A stretch of 64,000 nt of DNA from positions 2,519,315 to 2,583,314 of the forward strand of contig CM119267.1 of assembly GCA_051294375.1 (NCBI GenBank). The letters are read 5' to 3'. Each line of letters begins with the position of its first letter. The first letter of the stretch is position 1. This DNA is from Paraspadella gotoi (lineage: Eukaryota; Animalia; Chaetognatha). A program made the position numbers and the translations under genes. Of this stretch, positions 28,901-42,420 are shown in pieces. The notes beneath the pieces were generated by a model. It had not been told where the DNA came from and did no database searches. It saw nothing but the letters and a program-made list of their open reading frames with translations.

Positions 28901-29719
28901 AATTCATGTCCATTTTTGTCATTTTTCTGATTAGAGTGCCAAGGAAAGTTGAGAAAAAAAAATTTTTTTACTTTGGAAATCCGTTCTTTCCTTACCTATC
29001 TTCACCTCTGGGTAAATTTATTTCCTTAAATCATTTAGGAGTTTGCCCTATGAATTAATTATAAAGTTTACAAGTACAAAAAGTGTCATTTTTCAGTTTT
29101 TATTTTATAATTTGTTAAAATAAGTTCAAGATTCCATTTGTCTAAAAAAGTCTGATTGGTAGCGAAAACCTTAAAAAGGTTAAAAACAATATTAAAGGTT
29201 TAGGTGAGATTAAAGACCAATGGATAGGTTTTGGGTTTAAAAATATTAAGATTAATATTAAATAAAGATTAAGTTTAGGGTATTAAGGAATTTGAAATGA
29301 GGTCCTCTTTTTGGAAAAGAACAAAAATGTCCTTATTTGCTGTATTGGCATTGACAACATTCACCTTACTCTTACCATTAGACTTTAACTCAACAAAGCG
29401 CTCGTTCATCCCGAGGTCTTTGTTTGTCCAAAAACCCAAGTTAGCTTGTTCGTGATTTCCTTTCCGAAATATTTTTCAATTAAGATCATCCCTGTCCAAT
29501 CATTTCTCACACTAGGACGATTCTTTGTCACAGTCATTTTATAAGTTTGTCATCCGAACTAAATTGATCTAACTTCAACACATGATCAATAACTTAACAA
29601 ATAAAACGCGAAAAATTGTCGATGTATAGTGCGAATATAGTTCATGGTAAACGATTTAAATTGGACTAAATCGATACTATACGTAACTAAATACTCTCAT
29701 TTAAATCTCCTTGCGAGTT

Positions 29720-32038
29720 TTAACGCAGTTTGTTATCAGTCTCAACATTTAGCCATGGACTTCGACGACTGCCGCTGGAAAAGTCGATGCCTTCGAGAAA
29801 ATATGTTCTCGTGAAGGACATTCGTCGTTCGCCATTGGAGACGCGAACCGGCGTGTTTCGAAGTGGGGAAAATCCAAAAGCTTGAATGCCCAATGGCCCT
29901 AACTCCTGAAGCACAGGAGAACTAGTAGAGTGAAAGAACCTAATATTAGAATGAATATTTCGTGACGGCTTTTTTGATAAAATGGTCACTGTTTCACGGA
30001 TTCATTTTTCAAGATTATCAATGTCATGACTATTAATACAAAGTGATTATTTTCGATAACAATAACCACAAATTACTTTATAAAACTGATTATAGGCTAA
30101 TCATTAATTAACAATAGAGACCTGAGATATCTGCTGTCTGGTGGCACCTCCGCAAAATGACGGGTCTGTTGTCGGACGCCACGCCGTCTCTACATTTAAT
30201 ATAACTCCTGGGTCGCAATGCTCTTCCACCGACTTAGAATAGCGACATCTAATGTCTGTCTTGCTCCTGATCAAAGAGCATGAACGATAAGGTAGAGAAG
30301 AAACAGATAGCCGACCGTGCCTGCTTTCTTGCTGCCGTCTCTCACATCGAGTAATCGAAAACACACGCACTCCCACCATCATACAACCTCACGCTCCTCC
30401 GGCAGTCCACACACCACCACACTCTCATCACGCACAGCTTCTTTCGTCATTATGACTATCCTTCACGTCATCTCAGTATATGCCAAGCCATCTCGAGGTC
30501 AGACTTCTAGCGCGTTCTCTCTTGTCTTACTCACTATATCCAAGAAACACAAGGCGATTTTCTATTTTATTAGTTAAAACGCCAAGCTAAATCATTTAGA
30601 GGCATTTTGCATTATTTTTTGCAGCAAAACATTTGAGAATAGTATTTGAGTTTTTCTTAACCAAAAAAATATTTTAAAAAAGGATGGGAGATAAATAGAA
30701 AGCGAGCCAATGGCAACATGTCACTCATTCTTTTACAAAAAATATAATTGGTTGTTATCAAAACTATTAACCGAAAAAAATTGATAAAAAGCAATAACTC
30801 ACTGTGTTGCGTAACTTACAGTATTTGGCGCCCGTGTCGAGGAAAAAAAACTGAACAATGCCTAATAGAGAAAAGATCAGGGATCACGACATCGCTCACT
30901 TAGAACCCTTCAACTAGGGTTCGGAGTGGTTCATATTCGGCCCGATTATTTCCAAAGTGCCTTCATTCCAGCATTGAACATTTTAATTCGATTATGTTTC
31001 GGGGTTACATTAAAATTAAATTCAAAGATTTGGGCAAAGTAGAAACACTAGGGCGCTCTCGGAAAAAAGAGTTAACAAAATAAACCTTCTCCAGCATCCG
31101 GCGACTCCACGTAGTTGAGTCTTTCCTCGAATTCCTTAATTTCTAGAGTCGGAGGTGTCACTCGACAGTTCGATAAGCTCCGCGGAGATTTTCTGATGGA
31201 ACACGTTTCTGCCTGCAGGCACTGACGAAAGCCAGTTTATTTGCTAGCCTAGACAACAAGCCCTGTTACTTCTGTTTTAGATGAGGGCATCAGAACGCTC
31301 ATTGCTATTTAAGCTGCCTCGCAATTCACTGTTACAGTTTTATATTCTACAATACCTTTTTACATTTTACAGTATACTTATGAGACTTGATTCATTTTAT
31401 CTCAATCTCTCCACTTCGTTTCATTGTTTGTCAGAGAATACGGGAACGAGATTACCGCCTGGACCTCCATCGTGAAGTTGATCGGTGAGGAAATCCCTGG
31501 TGACCGTCACCCGAGAGCTCAGATCCGGATTTCCTTTCAAGGAATCGGAGCTTCCTGTTCGCTTCGGAAATCCAACACCGGTTTAATACGCGTTCTGAAA
31601 CTATTTCTAAAAAATACATTTCAAATAAACATTTGCGCAATTACATACATACATACCATCACAAATTACGGAATACCAATCGTGAGATTCTTTAAAGAGG
31701 ACTCCCCTTAATCTGCAAAACGCCAATCCTTACTAACCGGCCGCGGCTGTTTCCACAAAACTAGAGCCGTGGCCTGGAGTACAAGTGCCAGTGAAGGAGC
31801 GGATCGTAAAATTGCCACAGGAGGCGCTCGGCATAGTTAAAGAGAAACGAAGTCGTCTTGACCTAAAATAAAAAGTATGAAAGGCTCACAATACGCTATT
31901 ATCGAAAAGGAACGGACAGATGGAAATGTCGGCACCTAGGTTAAGAAAACAAACCCTAATGCGCGAGACTCGTACCATACGGCAAAAACCAATTTTCAAG
32001 ATCTAGAGCTTCCCGTTTCTATTCAAAGCCTTCCATGC
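29720..32038 (-). CDS. ACY1: Aminoacylase-1-like (M20 peptidase) gene, 3' half; frameshifted as assembled (sequence error or pseudogene)
   Basis: Colinear exon remnants with splice sites: about 32038-31955 (GMEGF..KIGF), 31862-31738 (QDDF..YAERLLWQF..TPGHGSSFVETAA), 31594-31456 (VLDFRSEQE..LKGNPDL..INFTM), 31212-31086 (CRVTP.LEIKEFEERLN..DAGEG), about 30240-30122 (GATDSRYLR), 29905-29720 (GIQAFGFSPLRNTPV..FLEGID). These follow human ACY1 motifs GMELF, YSERSPWW, PGHASRF, ILAFREKE, FRVAP..FEEQL..AGEG, AATDNRYIR, GVPALGFSPMNRTPV, FLRGVD in order. Confidence 0.8.
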
Positions 32039-32089
32039 CTTGAATGAAAAACCATTTTTTATATCAGATTTATTGAAAATTTGCGTAGA

Positions 32090-32560
32090 AAACCAATATA
32101 AATTATCTATTTCCATTTAATAAATGCAGCTAGTCTTGGCCGCTGACTTTTACAAACGATAGATGACATAGCAGGTCTCTGCAAGCTTTCATATCAAGAC
32201 TCTCTCACAGTCTCATATTTTTCCCACCCAAGGACAGTAACCTGGCTTCGTCTATCAATGAATGGCGGCATAAATTATAAAGTTTTCAAAGAATATTTCA
32301 ATGTATGATAAGACCACCTCCTTAACTATTAGATCGACGGGACAATACTATAATGGACTCCGCCCAGCATTCAAATTCAATGAATTTTTATGAAAAATTG
32401 GTTACAACAATTACAAGAAATTATCCATTCATTTAGGATAAAAACTCAAGCTGACGCTTAGCAGGCTTGGTGGGGTCTAAGGGCCTCCATCCACTCTGAC
32501 AAGATAATGACAGAGAAGAAAGGTTTTCAATCAACGACTCTCTCACAGTCTCTATATTCC
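32090..32560 (-). mobile_element. Two adjacent family A copies
   Basis: gacatagcaggtctctgcaagctttc..agactctctcacagtc, followed by a second ttatccattcattt..ggcctccatc..gactctctcacagtc. Confidence 0.7.
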
Positions 32561-34679
32561 CTTCCAGATGGAGTAATTATAGGATTTCCCTTAAACAAGC
32601 TGTAATTGAGAAGATTGCGTCACTTGAGGGGGTGAAGGTGAGCTTGTTATTAGATTCATTAATATAAATATCCATTGAAAACAAGTTTTGTATCAACGAT
32701 TAAATTCTAGCCAAAAAAAAAAGTGTGATATCAACCTGATCAGGGATTTAAAATTTAAAACAATGTTGAGCAAACAATGTTCGGATCTGCCTAGCGGAAT
32801 TAATTAATTAATTAATGATAAATTAATTAATTTAATTCAGAACTTAATAATCTTAAATGTAATAGATTAATTATAATTAATTAAGTTAATCGGACGCATC
32901 CGGTAGAGAGAGAGAGACGAGAGAGAGGATTTCCATTGAAAAAAGCCCGCCGCTCGACGTGGAGTGGGAGGCGACGGGACTGAATAACGAAGGGAATGAA
33001 AGATGAATGAATCACTGAACGCGGCGAAGGGGGAAGGAAATGAGGGTTTGGGGGTGAGGGGTGATGGGGGGAGGAAGAGAAGAAAAATCCCCCCAAAATG
33101 GAATTGAATAAAAGTTCCAGAGTCAATCTCTTCTCGGTTTTTGACGAGAGAGCGACCGGGCGACCCCCCCCCTCGGGTGCGGCGCGGTGACTCGAGGAAA
33201 TGAATCGTTGTGAGACTCGGGATGTGAGATGTGAACTTTTATTTGCGTCAGTGAATGCGGATATCACGAGGAAAGATTTCTCTTCCTCCGTGAAAATCTC
33301 ATGTCCTCTCTCTTGCGTTCGCCTCTTTGCTTTCACGAGGCACGATCTGAGGTGAAAAGGTTGACACGGAAAAAGGAAAAAAAGGAAAAAAAGGAAAAAA
33401 GGGAAAAGGGAAAAGGGAAAAGGGAAAAGGGAAAAGGGAAAAGGGAAAAGAAACAAGAAACAAGAAACAAGAAACAAGAAACAAGAAACAATAAAAAAGA
33501 AACAAAAAGAAAAAAAAGGAAAATTAAAAAGAATAAAAAAGAAAAATAAATTGTTTGTGCCCCTCTTTTTCCCTCTGCCATGCTCCTATTTTCTCTGCCA
33601 TGCCCCTTCTTTCTTCTATACCATGCCCCTCCTTTCTCCTCTGCCATGTTCACCCAGTTCATCATCACCCGCTCATTTCATTTTTTATTCCATTCCACCA
33701 CCAAAATCCTTTTCACTCTCTTCTCCTTTTTTATCTCGATTTGAACCGCAGAATCTTTTTTTCCTTCGAAATTCAAGCGAAGACATAAAAATAAATGAGG
33801 CGCGCGATTTTTGCGGCTCGAGTTCTTTTGGGCCTATGAGTTCGAGCAGGATAAGGGCGGACTCTCGGGTAAGGCTTTGGGGTAAGGGTAAGGGTAAGGG
33901 CGGACTCTCGGGTAAGGCTTTTGAGCACTCGAGTTGGGCTGGCAGCTCAAAACCCCGGCACCGCGCGTCAACCTTCTCCCAGCGCCTCGCCGGTGCCATT
34001 TCAGATTCCAGCCAGTTTACTGGATGAGGACGATGCTGTCAAGCTGTCTGCTTTGGCGTCGTCGTCATCGTCATTTTCGTCGTCGTCATCGTCGTCTTCA
34101 TCTTCGTCGTCATTATCGTCGTCTTCGTCATCTTCGTCGTCGTCATCTTCGTCGTTGTCGTCATCGTCGTCATCGTCGTCTTTGTCGTCATTTTCGTCGT
34201 CGTCGTCATCTTCGTCGTCGTTGACCGTGAGAGCCAAATCAAAACAAAAACATATTTCGAATCAATGACAAGTAGCGGTGACATCGACCGAAGCTTGTGA
34301 AAACGCGTCTGACATGAAAAAAAAATAAACAAAAATCCCTTTGATAATTCAGACAAAGATATTGTACTAATTCACAAATAGACTAATTTAAAAGCTTCCT
34401 TGTCAAAAACAGCAGGTAGAAAAATATTTTTTTTCTGAAATAAAACAAACAATTTGACAGTTAAAACGATAAAAAGATAAACAGATAAAACGATAAAAGA
34501 AACAATTTGATATTCAAACGATAAATGAGCATTGAGCTAATAGCTAATAGCACTAAAAAAAAGATAATTCCCAAAAAAAGATCACTGTGATTGTGATGCC
34601 AAAAAAATCATTCCAGCTTGGAAAAGGTCCGGACCTTCAAAGTTTTCCACGACGGTTAACGCTCCCGATTGGTCACGTG

Positions 34680-34775
34680 TTGATGGCTTAACCAATGAGC
34701 CACCTGGTTACGACTGAGAGAGAGCAATGTCTTATGCTTTTAGGCGGAGTGAACCAAGGCAACGCCCTCTACAGA
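34680..34775 (-). mobile_element. Partial second copy of the SINE-like element
   Basis: aatgagccacc.ggttacgactgag and aggcgg.gtgaac..gcaa.gccc shared with 53750-53820. Confidence 0.5.
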
Positions 34776-35396
34776 ATCACGGACAAACCTTCCCTCGTCA
34801 AATGAGATGTAAAGTTCCGTGAATAATGATCGAAAATGTTCACGGCTCTGACGAGACAAGACTACAACAAAATCAATAATGATAGGGACAATCACAAAAA
34901 TGAAAAGAGAAATAAAAGGGATAAGGCCATAAGTTAATATTAATTCAAAAATAATTTTAAAAAATTCTAAAATAATAATAATAAATATAATAAGAATTAA
35001 GAAACAAGCGCAAAAAAAAAAGGCTCAAAATGAGATAAGAGAGAAGCGAGAAAATGATGTTTTTCTTTTTTTTTTTATCACATTTTTTATGATTTCTTGG
35101 GAAAAAAGAGAAATTCGCTTAATCAGCTAAACGAAGAAGGAAAGAGAGAAAAGTGGAGAGTCGAGGGAGGAAGGAGAAAAGAAGAGAGCAGGAAAGGAAA
35201 CAGAAAGGTAAGTCGAGGGAGGAAGGAGAAAAGAAGAGAGGAGGAAAGGAAAAGGGAAGGTAAGTCAGGTAAGGCTTCAAGATTAGATCAATGTGAATTG
35301 AAAGAGAGAAAGTTTGCTGTCTTCAACTCCAAATTTCATTGGACAAATTTTTAAACATCAAATCTAATCAAGTAGACGTGTCTCTCTCTCTCTCTT

Positions 35397-35446
<50 letters not shown>

Positions 35447-35875
35447 CCTTTCTCTGGCCCCCCTCTCTCGTCTGTTCCCTTGGTTTTTTTCGCTGCGCAG
35501 AGATTCCCCAACTTTTTTACGATCGGTCAAAGACCTTTTTAATGTGGACACAACAGATATTTCTGGACCCAGATCCTCGTACAACCGCCTTCCGCTCCCC
35601 CCTGTCTCTTCTTCTCTCTCCCCTCTTCTATCTCTCTCTCTCTCTCCGTGAAGGACGGAACGAAATACGCTAGCGAAACAAATGAGAGAGAAGATAAGGA
35701 CGCATTCAAACAATTAAATCGATGGGAGAGAGAGAAAAGGGAGAGATGAGAGAGAGAGAAGAGAACGAGAGAGAGAGGAGAGATAGAGGAGGAGCATAGA
35801 GAAGAGAGAAGAGGAAAGAGAGGAGGAGATCGACAGAGAGGAAGAGATGAAGAGAAGAGAGAGAAGAGAGCAGCC

Positions 35876-35906
<31 letters not shown>

Positions 35907-35997
35907 TGACAGAGAATAGACAAAGAGAAGAGAAAAAGAGAGAGAGATTGACAGAGAAATAAGACAAAGATAGAGAGAGAGAGATGAGAGAGAGCTA

Positions 35998-36028
<31 letters not shown>

Positions 36029-37500
36029 AGAGCTGGCCCGGCCGTTGTTTTGAGATCGCAGTTCCTCGGGTTTAAAACTGAGCTATCAACATTCAACAAT
36101 CCCAATGGAATTGTTTTCCTCGTCTTCTTTATGTGGGTTGTCGTCGTTTGGGTCGTCGTCGTTGGTCGTCGTCGTTGTCGTTGTTTATTGTGGCCGGAGA
36201 CAGTGACGAGCGGATATCTTGACGATTTTTCGACAACCGTTCACAACAAAATCCCGCAAGCTGCTTTTTATCGCTTACAGTTGCCAACGGTTATATCACG
36301 AAATCCAAACTGTTCTTTAATTCCATTTACATATTGTAGCAGTTTAGATTAGTTCTCATATATTTTGGTACTGTTTATATAGTAGTCCTTTTTTTAAATT
36401 TTAGCAATACTTTTTATAGGGTTTTAATAATAATTTATTTTTTTCAATTAATATTCGAATATTTCATTGTGGTATTGTAGCTTTACAAATGAAATTATTT
36501 TTCTTGTCATCCTATTTCCTCTTTCTCCCTTTTCCCCTCCCTCCTCCTCTTCCCCCTCCTCCTCCACTTCATCTCCTCCTGCATCATCAAAGGAACCGAT
36601 CCGCGACGAACTCAATTTCGTTTTCGCCGAAATCGAACCATCACGATTTTTGCGCTGATGGCGGATGGCGGATGGCAGGCGGATAGCAGGCGAATGGAAG
36701 GCGGAAAGCGGGCGGGAGGGCGGGCGGATGACAGACGAACCGGGACGGACAGCGTTCTCGAAATCGTTCCCTGGGGTGACTTTGCAATGGTTGCCAGTCT
36801 ATGCTAAACTTAAACCCTTCTTGTCTTTGGCACAATTTACGCGATTGCGAAATGATACCCAAGACTGGAGTTCTACCCATTTTTGTTTTGATTGTGCTCT
36901 TGCAATAAGAAGCCAATAAAATACAGAATCCAGATTGTTCAAGAATGTAATACTTTCACCCCAGACAATGAAAGGGCGAATTCACGAGACCGTGTTACGG
37001 GGCTAATGATCTTACCCACCTTCCATATTCTTCTGGCACCATTTAAGATAAATCTTAGTGGTCTAATAATCTTAATGTTGTGATAATCTTGACTGGCAAC
37101 CTTTGACAAATGGCACTAAGATAAATCTTAGATACTTGCAATTCATGGCGTCCAGCGTTTCGTCTCAAACGTTTTTTTCGGGTTAGTCCGGCTTAAGCGG
37201 ATCGACCGATGTTGTTGTCCATTGTGATCCAGAGAGCAACGATCTTTTGGTCTTTTTTCATTATCGAAAACACCTTTCACTTTTCCTCCTCTCCGCACGG
37301 CGTTGCAGCACGACGGGGCAGTACGACGGAGCAGCGAATCTCAAGAGTGCAATAGTGAAAGAGTACCGTTTCCCTGTAGGTTTTTTTTTAATGCTCCGAC
37401 AAGGCAACAGAGAATTAACCGTTATTTAAAAATTTCCCATGACTCACGAATAATAATTGGGGTTAGGAATTAGATTAGGGATTAGGTTAGTGATTAAAGT

Positions 37501-38225
37501 TAAAATTAAACAGAAATGTGGCTCTCAGGATAAATAGAGCTGATCTTTGGCCTCGTCTTCCTTCTTCTTCTTCTTCTTCTTCTCCTTCTTCTTCTTCTGA
37601 CACCGAGTAAAATTAAACAGAAATAGGGCGCTCTGGAAAAATAGAGCCGATCTTTGGCCTCATCTTCTTTCTTTGATACTCATAGTGGCACCGAGTAAAA
37701 TTAAACAGAAATGGGGCGCTCAGGGAAAATAGAGCCAATCTTTGGCCTCATCTTCCTTCTTCGGTACTCATAGTGACACCGAGTATAATTAAACAGAAAT
37801 GGGCATTCTGGGAAAATAGAGAAGATCTTTGGCCTCGTCTTCCTTCTTTGATACTCATCGTGACACCGATAAAATTAAACAGAAATGGGGTGCTCAGGGA
37901 AAATAAAGCTGATCTTTGGCCTCGTCTTCCTTCTTCGATACTCATAGTGACACCGAGTAAAATTAAACAGTAATAGGGCGCTCTGGGAAAATACACCGAT
38001 CTTTGGCCTTGTCTTCTTTCTTTGATACTCATAGAGACACCGAGTATAATTAAACAGAAATGGGCATTCTGGGAAAATAAAGCCGATCTTTGGCCTCGTC
38101 TTCCTTCTTCGATACTCATAGTGACACCGAGTAAAATTAAACAGAAATGGGGCGCTCAGGGAAAATAGAGCTGATCTTTGGCCTTGTCTTCCTTCTTCGA
38201 TACTCATAGTGACACCGAGTAAAAT
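37501..38225. repeat. Minisatellite, about 87-bp unit, about 8 copies
   Basis: Unit caccgagtaaaattaaacagaaatggggcgctcagggaaaatagagccgatctttggcctcgtcttccttcttcgatactcatagtga; starts near 37601, 37689, 37777, 37864, 37951, 38038, 38124, 38213. Confidence 0.92.
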
Positions 38226-39313
38226 GTTTCGTTCTTCGTCGTTAAACGGATTTTGTTCGCCTCATCTGAAGATTTAATGAGGCGAACCTTATTTTTTTTT
38301 CTCTTTAACATAAATGTTACTATCGGAAGAAAAAAAATCACATAATCGTTATAAAGCTCAAAATTTTTTTTTGTCCCTTTTTTTTGTCAAATTGTCTTTT
38401 AAGAGTTTTTCTTCTAGTTAGTATGAATATTGAATAGTTAGTTTTTCGCGTTCAAAAATCAGTTCAAAATTTCAGGATGTGTTAAGTACATTCGCTGTCT
38501 CTTTCTCTCTCTCTCTCTCTCTCTCACTCTCTCTCCTCTCTCTCTCTCTCTCTCCCTCTCTCTCTGTCTCTCTCTCTCTCTCTCTTCTTCCTCATTCCGT
38601 TCCTTCCAACAGTTTCACTTCCGCATTTCCCTAAAGACTTTTCTTTTGTAGTTTCTTCTCTTTAGGCAGTTTTATTTCCTCCCCTCTCTTTCCCCTCTCT
38701 CTTTATTTCCTCCCCTCTCTTTCCCCTCTTTCTTTATTTCCTCCCTTCTCTTTAACCTCTCTCTTTATTTTAACTTTTCTCTTCTCTTCACTTTTTTAAC
38801 TCACTTCTCTTTCTTTTCTTCTTTTTATTTCCTTTTTTCGCAACTTTTCGCATTCACACGCCCATTTTAATTTCGACTTTTCCTTTCACTATTTACTTCT
38901 TTCTCCTTATGCCTTAATTCCTTAATATCTTCTCAGCTTTTCCTTTCCTTTCCTTTCTTTTTCCCTCTCCTCTCTCTTTCCTCTCCTCAGTCCAATTTCT
39001 TTCACTTTTTCTCATCTTTCCCTTCGCTATTAAGAAGTTTCTAAGCGTTGATGCGAACTAAAAACTCGTCTGTGGATTGCGGGGAGAGAGGAGAGAGAGA
39101 GAGAGAGAGGACGAGAGAGAGGACTGAGAGAGAGAGAGAGAGAGAGAGAGAAGTTAGAGAGTAAAGAGAGAGAAGAGAGAGGAGAATTGTCAACAGTAAA
39201 CTTAAGGGCAATCAGCTTTTTAACTGGCCCTTTGGCTGAAGTTTGTGTAGCGTATTAATGCCAAATACCTATTATTCTTGCCTTTCACCGTTTAGTATTT
39301 GTGGTTCAGACTG

Positions 39314-39355
<42 letters not shown>

Positions 39356-40007
39356 CAAAACTCAAGATTTTAGCCAAACTTGGATCGAAATTGTAAGTAA
39401 AGATGAATCAAAAGATAGACGAGAAGCAAATGTATAGATTTGAAGAGAAAAAGAAGGAAAAATCGATAGAAAAAACGAGAGAAAAAAAAGAAAAAAGGGG
39501 AAAAAAGAAAAAATAACATGAAAAGGAAAGAAATGACGCTAAAAGCGGCATAACTCAAGCGCGAAAGGACAGGTAGTGGCCTCTGTGGACTAATTGTGGA
39601 AGTTCGAGCTAAACCAAAAAAAAAAAGAGCAGCTATGAAAACGAAGCTTTTTTTAGCTCAAAAGATACGTGATTCAAAAAAAAAACTTGTTTTTCCTTGC
39701 GTGAGACCCTATAGCGAATGCTTTACTCTTTAACTTTCTTAACACATTATTGAATTCAAATATGAATTTGGCACAATAAATATGAAATTATCCATTCATT
39801 TAATTAATAATTAGGCGATCTTGCCCCTATGGTATAATGGCATAGCAGGCCTTTGCCAGCTCATGATTAGGTTTTAATCACTTATGATTAGGTTTTAATC
39901 ACTTATGAGTTATGATTAGGTTTTAATCACTTAATTGGCTTAAAAAACTTTATTCAAAGAAAATTGTTACACCTAGTCGTTTCTTTAGCATTTCTTTTTA
40001 GTCACGT

Positions 40008-40260
40008 GACTGTCTATCCTTCTGCCTCTCCGTCTGTCCGTCTTACTATCTGACGGACTATCTTTAGTCATGGCTCCGTGGCGTGACTATAATTCACATT
40101 GCGGCCTGTCTAATAGTGTCTAATAGTGTCTATCTATCCTTCTGCCTCTCCGTATGTCCGTCTTACTATCTGACGGACTATCTTTAGTCATGGCTTCGGG
40201 GCGTGACTATAATTCACACTGCGGTCTGTCTATCTATTCTTCTGCCTTTCCGTATGTCCA
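40008..40260. repeat. Tandem repeat, about 105-120-bp unit, about 2.3 copies
   Basis: tctatccttctgcctctccgt.tgtccgtcttactatctgacggactatctttagtcatggct..gcgtgactataattcaca repeated. Confidence 0.85.
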
Positions 40261-41118
40261 TCCAATTAAAGTAATGAACTGAAAATCCTATTTCTGAAAA
40301 ACAATGAAAAACGAAAAAAAGCTTTTTTTTCGGTTCAGAGGGATGTACGGACGATGGGACGGACAGACGGACGGACGAATGTAAGGACAGACTCAATTTC
40401 CCATTTTCCTCATCGACTTCGGTTATTTCTTCAGCTTTTCATGTAGTTCCTTTTTAAAAAGCCGACCCTTGACATTTTTCGTTCTCTTTGTCGTCGTCGT
40501 CGTTTTCTCTCTTTTTCTCTTTCTTCTCAAACGTCCTTGTAGTCGTTGTTGTCGTCGTTGTCGTCGTTATCTTCAATTTTCCCGCCAAAACGTCCTTGTC
40601 GTCTTCTTTGTCATCATTGACTTTTTAATTCTTATCATTATTTTCTTTTCGACTTATCACTTTAACATTAAAGTTTTTTTGTGCTATTAATTGAAGGTTC
40701 TAACTTTCTCGGTTTTCTAATAATTTCAATTTAAATCCAATTATGATTAAAAAAAGATAATTCTCCTTTATTCCTGTTTAAATGTTTATCATTATCATCA
40801 TCACCAACCCCATCGTCATTAACGAAATTAATTTTATCCTCGTTATCATCATCATCATCATTATCATCACCGTTATCATCATCGCGCCCGTCAAGCGAGT
40901 CACAAGCTCTTAAATTTCTGGGTCGACCCTTTTTAAACTTTTCGTCGTCGTCGTCGTCGTCATAATCTTTTTTTCTTTTTCTTTTGTTGTCGGCCTCAAC
41001 TTCAGTCTTGTCATCTTCCTGTCATTGTTTTTCAAGTAGTGGTCTTGAAGGTTGTCACCAATTTTATTGTTCTTGCCGTCATCATCCTTGTTGTAATTGC
41101 CCTTGGCGTCGTTGTCTT

Positions 41119-42420
41119 CAGCATATACTTTGTCGACTTTGTCGTCGTCTTCATCATCGTCGTCGTCATCTTCATCTTCGTCATCCTCTTCGTCGTCGTC
41201 GTCGTCGTCTCATTCGTCATCGTCATCGTCTTTTCTTCGTTCGCGTCCTCATCATCTTTCATCTTCGTTATCCTCTTCGTCGTCGCTCATCGTCTTGCTT
41301 CTTCGTCGTCATCTTCGGTCATCCTCTTCGTCGTCGTCATCTCGTCGTCATCTTAATCTTCGTCATTCTCTTAACGTCGTCGTCATCGTCGTCGTCCTCA
41401 TCTCGTCGCATCTTCATCATCCTCTTCGTCGTCGTCATCGTCGTCATTCTCTCGTCATCATCTTCGTCGCTCGTCCTCATCCTCTTCGTCATATCGTCTT
41501 CTTTTTCTCGTCGGTTGTTGTCCTCATCATTCTTTTTCGTCATCCTTCTTCGTCCGTCGTCAGTTCGTCGTCGTCCTCAATCGTCGTCAATCATTGTCTT
41601 CTTCTTCGTCGTCGTCCTCATCATCTTCTATCTTCGTCATTCTCTTCGTCGTCGTCATCGTCTTTATCTTCGTCGTGTTCCTCATCCTCTTCGTCATCAT
41701 CGTCTTCTTCTTTCGTCGTCGCCTCACTCTTCACTTCGTCATCCTCGTCTCGTCGTCGTCGTCCTCATCGTCTCGCATCGTTCATCGTCTTCTTCTTCGT
41801 CGTCGTGCAACTCATCATCTTCATCTTCGTCATTCATCTTCGTCGTCGTCATTCGTCATTCTTACTTCGTTTCGATCGTCTTCCATCATCTCATCTTCGT
41901 CGTCATCCTATACTTCGTGAATTTCAGTCTTATGCGCATTCCCTCGTCTCATCGTTCGTTCTCGTCGTCTCTCATCAATCACTCATTCTCTTCATCTGGT
42001 CGATCTCCAACTCGCTCATCTCTCGTCCCTATCGTCTGCGTCACTGATTCATGTCTTCTTCTTCGTCTTCGTCCTCATCATCTTCATACTCTCGTCATCC
42101 TCTATCGTGTCGTCGTCGTCAGGTGCCTAATCGTGTCATCATCGTCTTCATGCTTCGTCGTCGTCTTCCCTCATCATCATCTTCATCTTCGTCATCTCTT
42201 CCGTCGTTCGTCATCGCTTACATTCGTCGTGTCCTCATCCCTCTCGTCCTCGTCTCCTCTTCAGTCATCGTCCTCAGTCACTGATCTTCGTCATCCTACT
42301 TCTTTCGTCCGTCTCATCGTCATCGTCCTTCATCTTCGTCGTCGTCCTCATACATCTTCATCTTCGGTCACCTCTCGTATCGCTCGGTCGTCGTCTGTTC
42401 GTTCGTCGTCCTTGTCGTCG
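41119..42420. repeat. Cryptic (TCG/TCA/TCT/TCC)n trinucleotide array, reading GAN codons (Asp/Glu) on the minus strand
   Basis: Recurrent unit catcttcatcttcgtcatcctcttcgtcgtcgt. Confidence 0.8.

Noticed and set aside
33685-34237. Poly-Asp ORF and adjacent 104-aa ORF
   Set aside because: Short GAC/GAT microsatellite plus a small tandem duplication; no recognisable product or consistent splicing.
37501-38225. CRISPR-like periodicity
   Set aside because: Whole units repeat with no unique spacers, no cas genes, and the context is eukaryotic.
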